Of a stretch of DNA of 64,000 nt, positions 49,514-58,021 are shown in pieces; the first letter of the stretch is position 1, and each line of letters starts with the position of its first letter. The DNA comes from Bdellovibrio sp. (GTDB taxonomy: Bacteria > Bdellovibrionota > Bdellovibrionia > Bdellovibrionales > Bdellovibrionaceae), in the NCBI GenBank assembly GCA_036677065.1, contig JAKFBS010000003.1, forward strand, positions 96,001 to 160,000, given 5' to 3'. The position numbers were made by a program, and so were the translations under genes. The notes beneath the pieces are model-generated. The model was not told the DNA's origin and ran no database searches. It worked only from the letters and a program-made list of their open reading frames with translations.

Positions 49514-51416
49514 CGAAAGAATCACTCTTTCATTCAAATTAACGTTTTGGCAGAAATTAAAAATTTCTGCCACCTGCCTTTTATTGGTTGCGGGTACTTC
49601 GTGTTCACAAGCTCCGTCTGAAGAAGAACTTTCTGAGGCAGAAACAACTCTTGATTGTGATCTGGTTGTGAATTCTGGAACGGCAACCACTGAACTTTGT
49701 ATTAACCGCACAGCGGGTCACTATGTTTATCCAGATCAATACGGTGGCCGTTTTGATGCGTCTTCAAATAATGTTACAGCGCCAAGTGGTGTCGGTAATG
49801 TCGCGATACCAACTGGTTGGTATGGAGCCATCGGGTTAGTTACTTTTTCTGATCCGGTTATTTCTGGTGGTAATACAGCTCTTATTAAGGCTGCAGTTAA
49901 TATATTTGGCATTAACGGATCTCTGGTAACTACTGCAGAAGCGGCATGTATTTTAACAAATGATGCTACTCCATTAGGTGTGGATTGTTCGGCTGCGCGT
50001 GACGATTATTTTTATCTTTCAGCTTACGGCGGTCGTTCATTTAATTGTACGAATATCAACCAAGCGACGACTAACACACAAGTTTGTTACGTTAATACGA
50101 CAGGTGTTCGCGTAACCGCAAGTTTACCAAGTGGTTCTGGCTCATCTGCAGATTGTGCTGTCGAAGGACAACAAGGTGCAGCTTGTCGTGGTAACGTGGC
50201 TACTTACAGATACTCGACAGCTTTTGGCGGTCGTTCTTTATTATGCCAAATCGGTCTTAACGCAAACCCGTGTTGGTTAGATCAAACAGGTTATATCGTT
50301 TCATTAGCTGACGGCAGCAATGCGTGTACTGATAATGCATTAAATGCGGGTGCTTGTGACACCCAACCGGGCCGTTACGTTTACGATTTCGAATACGGTG
50401 GCCGCGCCGCAAATTGTACCAATGATGTTAACGGATCGTGTTTTGTGACGGCGAGTACAAAACAAATTTTAGAACCTAACTTAGAATCAGATAACATTCG
50501 TAATAATATTACGATCTTCGGTATTACCGGAACATTCTCTGGTAATGGTGACTGGGGTTCAGGGGCGCATCGTAATATTGATACTCCGCAAATTGGTTCG
50601 GCTGCTGAAGCTGGTCAATATGCAGGTAATGGCTCATTGCCGAATTTACCTTCAGGTTATCGTACGGTTCCAAAAATTGCGTATGATGATGATGGTTTTG
50701 ATACATCAAATTTAAATTTAGAAGCCGTTGACCGCACGGGTTGGGGAACAACTTCATGCGGGATAGCTGACGACACAGTTGTAGAACGCATTACAGATTG
50801 CAGTACTGTATTTGGAGCGAATGCCCGCTGGAACGGGGCTTCAAGTGGTAATGCTTCACAAGGCATTTGGCAATTAGTCAGCCGTTCTGGCGCAAAATCA
50901 GGAAGCAAAGGCCGCGAAGTTTGGCGTGATGAACGCACGGGTTTATTATGGAGTTCAGTGATCGGAACTGCGACCAACTGGTGTAAAGCTTCAGGCAGCA
51001 GTAACGCAACAAATGTGTCTGCATCAATTAAAGAAGCCGATGTTTCAAGTATTTGTGATTCAGGAACATATCAAAATCAGACAACAGCGATCAGCGGTTG
51101 TTTTGAAGCGGCCGGTTTTACAACAACAGATGCTTCAATTGATATTTTAGGTAAGGTCGCAATGGATCTTGCGGGATCACCGACAGCTCCAAAGGTTGCT
51201 TGGCGTTTACCATCATTATATGATTACGAAATTGCTGACGCCAACGGATTACGTTTTGTTTTGCCAGATATTGGTGTTAACGGAAATCTTGATGAATGGA
51301 CAGCGACACTATCTTCTTCAATCCGGTCTCGCGCATGGATATATAACGGAGCACAGGGCGTGCATTCGACAAAAGCGCGAACTTTAACTTCAGCTTTCAG
51401 ATGTGTGGGAAGGTAA
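49506..51416 (+). CDS. Cys-rich YGGR-repeat lipoprotein with C-terminal DUF1566/Lcl-like domain
   Basis: Hydrophobic stretch ending AGTSC; four Y.Y…(Y/F)GGR repeats; VWRDERTGLLWS, WRLPS, EW.AT, AW, RCVGR. Start codon uncertain (TTG). Confidence 0.7.
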   Translation: MSNERITLSFKLTFWQKLKISATCLLLVAGTSCSQAPSEEELSEAETTLDCDLVVNSGTATTELCINRTAGHYVYPDQYGGRFDASSNNVTAPSGVGNVAIPTGWYGAIGLVTFSDPVISGGNTALIKAAVNIFGINGSLVTTAEAACILTNDATPLGVDCSAARDDYFYLSAYGGRSFNCTNINQATTNTQVCYVNTTGVRVTASLPSGSGSSADCAVEGQQGAACRGNVATYRYSTAFGGRSLLCQIGLNANPCWLDQTGYIVSLADGSNACTDNALNAGACDTQPGRYVYDFEYGGRAANCTNDVNGSCFVTASTKQILEPNLESDNIRNNITIFGITGTFSGNGDWGSGAHRNIDTPQIGSAAEAGQYAGNGSLPNLPSGYRTVPKIAYDDDGFDTSNLNLEAVDRTGWGTTSCGIADDTVVERITDCSTVFGANARWNGASSGNASQGIWQLVSRSGAKSGSKGREVWRDERTGLLWSSVIGTATNWCKASGSSNATNVSASIKEADVSSICDSGTYQNQTTAISGCFEAAGFTTTDASIDILGKVAMDLAGSPTAPKVAWRLPSLYDYEIADANGLRFVLPDIGVNGNLDEWTATLSSSIRSRAWIYNGAQGVHSTKARTLTSAFRCVGR

Positions 51417-51417
51417 T

Positions 51418-53235
51418 ATGAAAATATATATATTACTTTTACTTACAATGTTTATGTTCGCGGTGGGATGTTCGAAATTCGAAATCGATGAATCATCTCT
51501 TTTAGATCTGACTGAGTGTGACGAAGGCGTTATCACCACGACAGAACCTTGCGTAGTGATGGCAAGTAAATATGTTTATAATGCTGAATACGGTGGGCGC
51601 ACAACTGTTGGTACAAATTTAACGACTGCAGATGGTTCTTTAACGCGCGCTTTGCCAGTGGGTTGGTATGATGGCCGAACTGCTACTGTAGTTGATACTG
51701 ATTTACAATCTTCAAATATTCAAAGCGGCACGACTATCTTTGGCGTGACCGGTGATCAAACCGGTTCATCTTTTCCATTATGTACAGCACCAGGTGTAGT
51801 TGATAGCGAAGGTCTAATCGGCGCTTCATGTAAAGCTGAAACCGGTAATTTCGTCTATGATGAAGAATACGGCGGACGCAGTAATATTTGCGTTGAAGAC
51901 GTTGAATTGACTGCACCTTGTTGGTTACCAATCACCGGCAGATATATTATTTCTGATTCAGTAACGATTGCCAACTGTACAGCTGAAGGTATTATCAGCA
52001 CGGCCTGCGTAGTTGCAGCCAGCAATTACTGGTATAACTCTGAGTACGGTGGTCGTTCATTAAATTGTACTTTAAATGTTCCCAATGCGGCTCCTTGCTG
52101 GACAAATCAACCCAATACCTATGTTCGCAGTGCGATTGCCTGTGCTGATGGTTACAACGGTGGATCATGTGTGATTTCGCCGCCAAAATATGTTTACACA
52201 ACTGAATACGGTGGTCGTAATACACTTTGTACTTCAAACAATGTGGGTAGCTGTTGGTTTGCAGCAGATAAAAATGTTGTCGATGCAAATTTAATCGCGG
52301 CCAATATTCGTGTGAGCGAAACTATTTTTGGAGTGGCTGGTTCATTCACGGGTGTATTAACAGAGTGGGGTTCGGGAATGTCGCGCACGACTTCAACCAC
52401 GGTTAATGTTTTAACTTATGTTTCTGAAACAACAACATATTCAGCGGCCTCGGCAACGGTGCTTCCTGCTTATTATCATCCGGTGCCACGAATTGCTTCA
52501 AGTGATGATGCTTATAACTTAACAACACAGGTCACGTTAGTTGATCGCACGGGTTGGGCCGCAACAACTTGCGGAACAGCGCAAGCTTCTATCGGATTAA
52601 GAATTGCCAATTGCGCGACCGTTTTCGGAGCCAATGCAACATGGGATGGGGGCTCTAAGGGCCACAACGGCGAAGGCCAATGGAAATTAGTGACTCGTAC
52701 CGGAGATGTATCTGCAGGAAAAGGCCGCGAAGTTTGGCAAGATCAATCAACCGGCTTAATGTGGAGCAGTGTAGTTTCAACAGGAATAAACTGGTGTAAA
52801 GCTTCAGGAAGTTCAAATTCGGTTGAATCAAATATCGTTGCCGGAAACTACAATGAAGATGATCCAAATGATATTTGTGATAATTCATTCTATCAAGTTC
52901 AATCGGCCAGCCCAATCAGTGCCTGTGAAGATGCCATAGGTTTTTCATCGACAGATACAGATATCGATAATGCCGGTAAAGCTGGTCTTGATAGAACAAC
53001 TACTCCGAAAGCTAAATGGCGTCTGCCATCAATTTACGATTACATGGTGGCAAACCATGACGGTCTTCGTTTTGTTATGCCTGATGCACTTAATGCAAAT
53101 ACCTCTGGTCAAGAGTGGACAGCCACCGTTGATTCGACAGATAGATTAAAAGCTTGGTTATTTGATCCGACAACTGGCACGCGCAGCAAAGATGAACGCA
53201 GTTTTAGTTACGCAGTTAGGTGTATAGGAAGGTAA
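51418..53235 (+). CDS. paralogous Cys-rich YGGR-repeat lipoprotein with DUF1566/Lcl-like domain
   Basis: Lipobox AVGC after ATG 51418; four EYGGR repeats; VWQDQSTGLMWS, WRLPS, VRCIGR. Confidence 0.75.
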   Translation: MKIYILLLLTMFMFAVGCSKFEIDESSLLDLTECDEGVITTTEPCVVMASKYVYNAEYGGRTTVGTNLTTADGSLTRALPVGWYDGRTATVVDTDLQSSNIQSGTTIFGVTGDQTGSSFPLCTAPGVVDSEGLIGASCKAETGNFVYDEEYGGRSNICVEDVELTAPCWLPITGRYIISDSVTIANCTAEGIISTACVVAASNYWYNSEYGGRSLNCTLNVPNAAPCWTNQPNTYVRSAIACADGYNGGSCVISPPKYVYTTEYGGRNTLCTSNNVGSCWFAADKNVVDANLIAANIRVSETIFGVAGSFTGVLTEWGSGMSRTTSTTVNVLTYVSETTTYSAASATVLPAYYHPVPRIASSDDAYNLTTQVTLVDRTGWAATTCGTAQASIGLRIANCATVFGANATWDGGSKGHNGEGQWKLVTRTGDVSAGKGREVWQDQSTGLMWSSVVSTGINWCKASGSSNSVESNIVAGNYNEDDPNDICDNSFYQVQSASPISACEDAIGFSSTDTDIDNAGKAGLDRTTTPKAKWRLPSIYDYMVANHDGLRFVMPDALNANTSGQEWTATVDSTDRLKAWLFDPTTGTRSKDERSFSYAVRCIGR

Positions 53236-53237
53236 TT

Positions 53238-56200
53238 ATGAAAAAGATTTTATTGATCTGCTTTTTATTATCTACTTTATTCAGCTGTCAGGCTGAAATT
53301 ACTGATCCTATGATTCAGTCATCAGAAGCTCCTGTGGGAGACTCTGATTTTGATGAATGGGATCCGGCAAAAATTTTAGTTCCAGGGCTAAATCTGGTGA
53401 CGTTCACAGATGGTGACCGTGATACGACTTGGCCATATTACAAATCAGACATGACTCATAAAATTAAATATCAAATTGTATCAGGAACTTCTGAAGCTGA
53501 TGGTGCAGTGGATCCGGGTCTTTATACAGTAAAATTAGAATTTTCAACAAACAGCGGAACAACATGGACAACAATCACTGGCGCTGGCGCTTTACCAAGT
53601 GTTGCCGGTGCGGAAAGTTCATTTGACTGGGCCGTAGCCCCTGCATTTCAACCAGATGGCATCGGATATTTAATCAGAGCTACAGCTACAAATGCCGCTA
53701 ATAAAACAATTGCGACTCAGTCATCACGCACTTTCACTGTTGATGGCACGGCTCCTACGATTAACTTTTTCGGTTTAACTGCCGGTGCCCTTGGGGTTGT
53801 CAGTGTTGGCAGTGTCAGTGATGCAACTGTGGCTAAAGTGGTGAATCGCAGTTTCTTTGAAACTCGAATTGCTGCTTCAGATACAACCACAGTTATTAAA
53901 TTTGTTTGCGTAAAAGCTTTTGATCTTATCGCGCCAAATGCAGATGATACCTGCTGGCAGGATTTAGAAGATACTGCAGCGAAGTCATTAATCAAAACTG
54001 ATATTTCTACCTTTGTCGGTTTCGTACAAAACACTTATAAAATCAGTGTTTGGGCGATGGACTTTGCCGGTAATATTTCTGGGTTAACGGCAGGTACTGG
54101 TCAGGAAAATAAAGACCAAGTGACTATCGCGTACAATCCAGCAGTGGCTCCAACAATTACAAACATGATCGGTTCAACAAACGATTCATCATCATTGTCA
54201 CCGACAAAAGATCAAACAACGTTTGTGCAGAACCAAGATTTATTTATTCGCTGGAAAGTCACAGATTCAGACTTATTAACGGCTCCAATTAGTTTATATT
54301 ATACATTAGATGAAGAAACCTTCATTGAAGTTCCGAATATGCAAGATATCACGAATACTCCGGTAGGCTGTACCATTGACGGTAACTACACGGGCTGCCG
54401 CCGTATTCCTGCGCCAACAGATAAATATTTTAAAATTCAGATCAAAGTAAAAGATCAATCGGGCTTAGTTTCATTAAGTGCCACACCGGCATTGAATACA
54501 GAAAAGTTTTCGATTGTTGCTGGTAATACTGATTTAGGTATTAACGGCTCGGCAAATAAAGCGATTTTCTTATCAGTCGTTCGTGCAGCTGACGTTCCGG
54601 GTGATTTCGGTACACTGGCTGTAACTTCAAAAGGTAAAGTTTATTTCATGGATGCCACACGCGGAGTCTTATTAGTAGATCCGGTAGATGGGGTACAAAA
54701 AGTTTTCGTCGCCAAAGGCAGCACTAAAACTGGCGACGGCGGCCAAGCAACATCAGCAACAACGATCGGTAACGGAAAAATCACCGTCGATTACAAAGAT
54801 CGTCTGTTAATTTTTGACGGCGACCGAATTCGTCGCGTTGAAGCTGATGGTACGATTAACACGATTATTGGTGGTGGTACTGTTACAACTTACACCAAAG
54901 CAGTTCTTGCAAAAAGTTTAAAATTTTCAACTTCGATGAACATGTACACGTTATTTCAGGTATTACCGAACGGAAATATTTGGTTTACGCTGGGCAGTCC
55001 GACGGCGCGAGTAATAGATTATACGATGGGTATCTATAAAGCTGCTGAAGATAAAGTTTATTTTATGAAACTATCTGGCAAAGGTAAATACGGCGATCCA
55101 GAGTATATCTTTACGACAGATTATGTACGCACTATTGCCTTGTCATTCAATTACAGAACTTCGCAACCAGAGTTTTTAACATCATATATTTGTTTTCCTG
55201 TACCGGGCGGTTGTGGTCATCACGTGGCTAATTTCAATGCGCGTAATGGTGTAAGTGTGGGTTATGGAACGCATGCGCCAAATTATGCTTACTGGGAAAC
55301 GCAAATGTTTGCTTCACGTCGTGGCGCTGTTTATTGGTTAGGTGCCCATTATCCGTTTAAATTAGGTAAATACAATGTGGCTACAAACCAGTGGAACACA
55401 GTGGTCGGCGGGCAAACCCAAGGTTATTGTGCCGATGGTGGAACCGCAGCCGCGTGTAATATTTCAGGTATCGATGCATTTGTTGATGCAACAAATACAG
55501 TTTATTTTAACGATGCCGGGCAAATTCGTGTAATTTTACCAGATGGTAAATTAAAAACTCTGTTCGGTGAAAGAAAATCTGCCGGTGACGGCGCTTCGCC
55601 ATTAGCTGCGCGCATGAATGGTGTAAACTACTTAGGCGTGTGGGGAGCCAGTGACACTGTTGTTGCTGCCGATAATAAAGAATTTAATGTGCGTGAAATT
55701 ACGCAAGGGGACGCTGGTGTAATTTCACGCTTAGCTGGTAATTATACGGACGAAGGCGTTTCTTTTGAAGCTCCGTCGGTCAATCGCTATTCAACAAATG
55801 CTGCATCAGCATCGTCATTTGCCAACGAATTCTGGGGCGGTATTCAAGGTGTGCAAGTTGATCCGCGCGACGGAACATTCTATGCGTCACTGACTCGTAA
55901 TGGAATTGTTGTTAAATATGAAAGAGATGTAATGACTGGTAAAGCCGGTAAATGGAAACTGGTGCTTGGTGCTGGTGGAACTCCGTTTTTAAGTACCGCA
56001 GCTAACGGGGTTGAAGGCCGAAACATTTCAATGAATGGTTATCCTTTAGTTCTTCACGGGATCATGGTTCCGGATGGAAGTACAATTGGAACTTACGCTG
56101 TTGAAAATGGAACTTCGCAAGCTTATTTAGTGGCTTGGACGCAGGCTTGGAACGGAAGTTGTCACGTCAATCAACATGCGAAAGTTTTTAGTTCAACAAG

Positions 56201-56744
56201 CGGTACGGTTCGTAAGTTTATGGGAGCAGAAACTAACCCGACATGTTATGGGCATCCGCTTTTTGAAGAAGGCGTTGATATTAGTGATAGTGTTTACATG
56301 CCGAATTGGGGTCATCAAACAACGTCTTCTATTTATTTCAAAGAAGAACGTGCTTTATTAATGGTAAATCCAGGATACGCAAAAATCATTAAAGCGGCAA
56401 TATCGCGTAATGGTTCAGACCAAATTATCGGTGCGGGGATGTCGTCGGTTTTTGCCACAACGGCAAAAGGAATTCGTTCATTTACTTATAAGAAAAATGC
56501 ATCAAGCCAGTATGAAGTCTATTACTGCGCGACTGATGGTACATTAAATAAAAAGAATTTAACTACAGGAGTAGAAACAAATTTACCACTACCGACCAGT
56601 AGTACAGGTAAAAAGTTTTTTACATGTGACGGAAATTCAATTTCTTGGGATTATAATAAGCAGCAAGTGTATTTTCCAACCAGACAAAATGGTTTGTCGG
56701 GTGTAGGCAAGTACTGTGTTACGACAACAGGAATATGTCCATGA
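53238..56744 (+). CDS. large lipoprotein with Ig-like domains and NHL/teneurin-like beta-propeller repeats
   Basis: Lipobox LFSC after ATG 53238; S.NSG.TW motif; GDGG.AT.A, ITVD..DRLLIFD..RIRRV..G.I.TI.G. Confidence 0.75.
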   Translation: MKKILLICFLLSTLFSCQAEITDPMIQSSEAPVGDSDFDEWDPAKILVPGLNLVTFTDGDRDTTWPYYKSDMTHKIKYQIVSGTSEADGAVDPGLYTVKLEFSTNSGTTWTTITGAGALPSVAGAESSFDWAVAPAFQPDGIGYLIRATATNAANKTIATQSSRTFTVDGTAPTINFFGLTAGALGVVSVGSVSDATVAKVVNRSFFETRIAASDTTTVIKFVCVKAFDLIAPNADDTCWQDLEDTAAKSLIKTDISTFVGFVQNTYKISVWAMDFAGNISGLTAGTGQENKDQVTIAYNPAVAPTITNMIGSTNDSSSLSPTKDQTTFVQNQDLFIRWKVTDSDLLTAPISLYYTLDEETFIEVPNMQDITNTPVGCTIDGNYTGCRRIPAPTDKYFKIQIKVKDQSGLVSLSATPALNTEKFSIVAGNTDLGINGSANKAIFLSVVRAADVPGDFGTLAVTSKGKVYFMDATRGVLLVDPVDGVQKVFVAKGSTKTGDGGQATSATTIGNGKITVDYKDRLLIFDGDRIRRVEADGTINTIIGGGTVTTYTKAVLAKSLKFSTSMNMYTLFQVLPNGNIWFTLGSPTARVIDYTMGIYKAAEDKVYFMKLSGKGKYGDPEYIFTTDYVRTIALSFNYRTSQPEFLTSYICFPVPGGCGHHVANFNARNGVSVGYGTHAPNYAYWETQMFASRRGAVYWLGAHYPFKLGKYNVATNQWNTVVGGQTQGYCADGGTAAACNISGIDAFVDATNTVYFNDAGQIRVILPDGKLKTLFGERKSAGDGASPLAARMNGVNYLGVWGASDTVVAADNKEFNVREITQGDAGVISRLAGNYTDEGVSFEAPSVNRYSTNAASASSFANEFWGGIQGVQVDPRDGTFYASLTRNGIVVKYERDVMTGKAGKWKLVLGAGGTPFLSTAANGVEGRNISMNGYPLVLHGIMVPDGSTIGTYAVENGTSQAYLVAWTQAWNGSCHVNQHAKVFSSTSGTVRKFMGAETNPTCYGHPLFEEGVDISDSVYMPNWGHQTTSSIYFKEERALLMVNPGYAKIIKAAISRNGSDQIIGAGMSSVFATTAKGIRSFTYKKNASSQYEVYYCATDGTLNKKNLTTGVETNLPLPTSSTGKKFFTCDGNSISWDYNKQQVYFPTRQNGLSGVGKYCVTTTGICP

Positions 56745-58021
56745 CGATGAAGAGATTTTTTGCAGGAGTACTATTTACTATGATGAGCCTATCATCACAA
56801 GTTTATGCGCAAGTTAAAATGACCGATGAAAAAGGTCAGGTTGTCGCATGGCCTGCGAAAGAAGAGTTTTTTACTAACCCAGAAGGCTTTCGCCAATATG
56901 GTGTAAGCGTGGTAATTCCTGATGCTAAAGCGGATACAGAACTGATTACTGAAAACGGGGTTACAGCTCCTGTTGCTGACAAAACAATTTGGTACATTCA
57001 AAGTGGCGTTGATACTTTAACGTACACCACGCAATCAGGTACCGAGAAAAAAATCACAGCCGAGTGGACGCCACTTGCAAAATCACGAATCGTGGTTGAG
57101 CGTTGTGCAAAAAATTCGGCGCGCGTGCAATTACAAGATCCTAAAAAACCGTTGAATTTTCCGTTAGCGGTTTCTTGTGATAACTCGCAAAAAGTTTTAA
57201 ATATTACTTTAAGTGCCCCAGCCCAAGTCGAATGGATGGATTCAACATTATTCGAAGTGGCCGGCAAAGGTGAGCCATGGAGAAGTTATAACTTACCAGC
57301 CACATCACCAAAAGGCGGAGCGATTGGTACGATCTCGTTAAGAAACGGCGATCAACAATATGTCTTAGAATTAATTACGCCGAAAAATATCGATTTAGCT
57401 AAAAAAGAAGCGATGGATAAGACCATTCAAAAAAATTCCAGCGAATTACAACAAGCTATTTATCTTGGAAAATTAGATTTAAGTTACACGGCAGATCCTG
57501 TCGTTAGCGAAGACAGTAAGTATTCATTTAAGTATTCTGTGTTAAGCCCGAAATATATGAACTTCTTTAAATTCGGCGGCGAATTTAGAACAAGTTTTGC
57601 TTTAGGTAAAAAAGAAGAAGCTGTAGATATGCTTTATTACAATGCGCATGTTGGTGCTCATTATAATTATAAAAACGTACTTGATCTGGGTTTGCGTGCA
57701 CTTTTTTCTGGAATCACGGTTCAGCAAAAATCATCAACTGCAAAATTGTCTTCAAACCAAGCGGGTTATGGCCTTTATGCAGATTATTTATTTGATCCAA
57801 AAAATCGTATGATCGCGCGCGTGAATATGATTGGCATGATGTCTGAAGTGATTAAATCGCATACTGAAATCGGTGTTGAGTATCGTTACCAGTTCACAAT
57901 GAATAAAAAACCACTCTGGATCGGCGCAGGCTATAATTCAGAAACTTATAATGCTGAAACTGCTGCAGGTCTTAGTCGCGAATTCAAAAATACAGAACTA
58001 CAACTGGTGGTGGGATTCTAG
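56741..58021 (+). CDS. secreted protein with C-terminal outer-membrane beta-barrel
   Basis: Signal peptide ending VYA; alternating aromatic strands in the last ~200 aa; ends LVVGF; ATGA overlap. Confidence 0.65.
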   Translation: MTMKRFFAGVLFTMMSLSSQVYAQVKMTDEKGQVVAWPAKEEFFTNPEGFRQYGVSVVIPDAKADTELITENGVTAPVADKTIWYIQSGVDTLTYTTQSGTEKKITAEWTPLAKSRIVVERCAKNSARVQLQDPKKPLNFPLAVSCDNSQKVLNITLSAPAQVEWMDSTLFEVAGKGEPWRSYNLPATSPKGGAIGTISLRNGDQQYVLELITPKNIDLAKKEAMDKTIQKNSSELQQAIYLGKLDLSYTADPVVSEDSKYSFKYSVLSPKYMNFFKFGGEFRTSFALGKKEEAVDMLYYNAHVGAHYNYKNVLDLGLRALFSGITVQQKSSTAKLSSNQAGYGLYADYLFDPKNRMIARVNMIGMMSEVIKSHTEIGVEYRYQFTMNKKPLWIGAGYNSETYNAETAAGLSREFKNTELQLVVGF

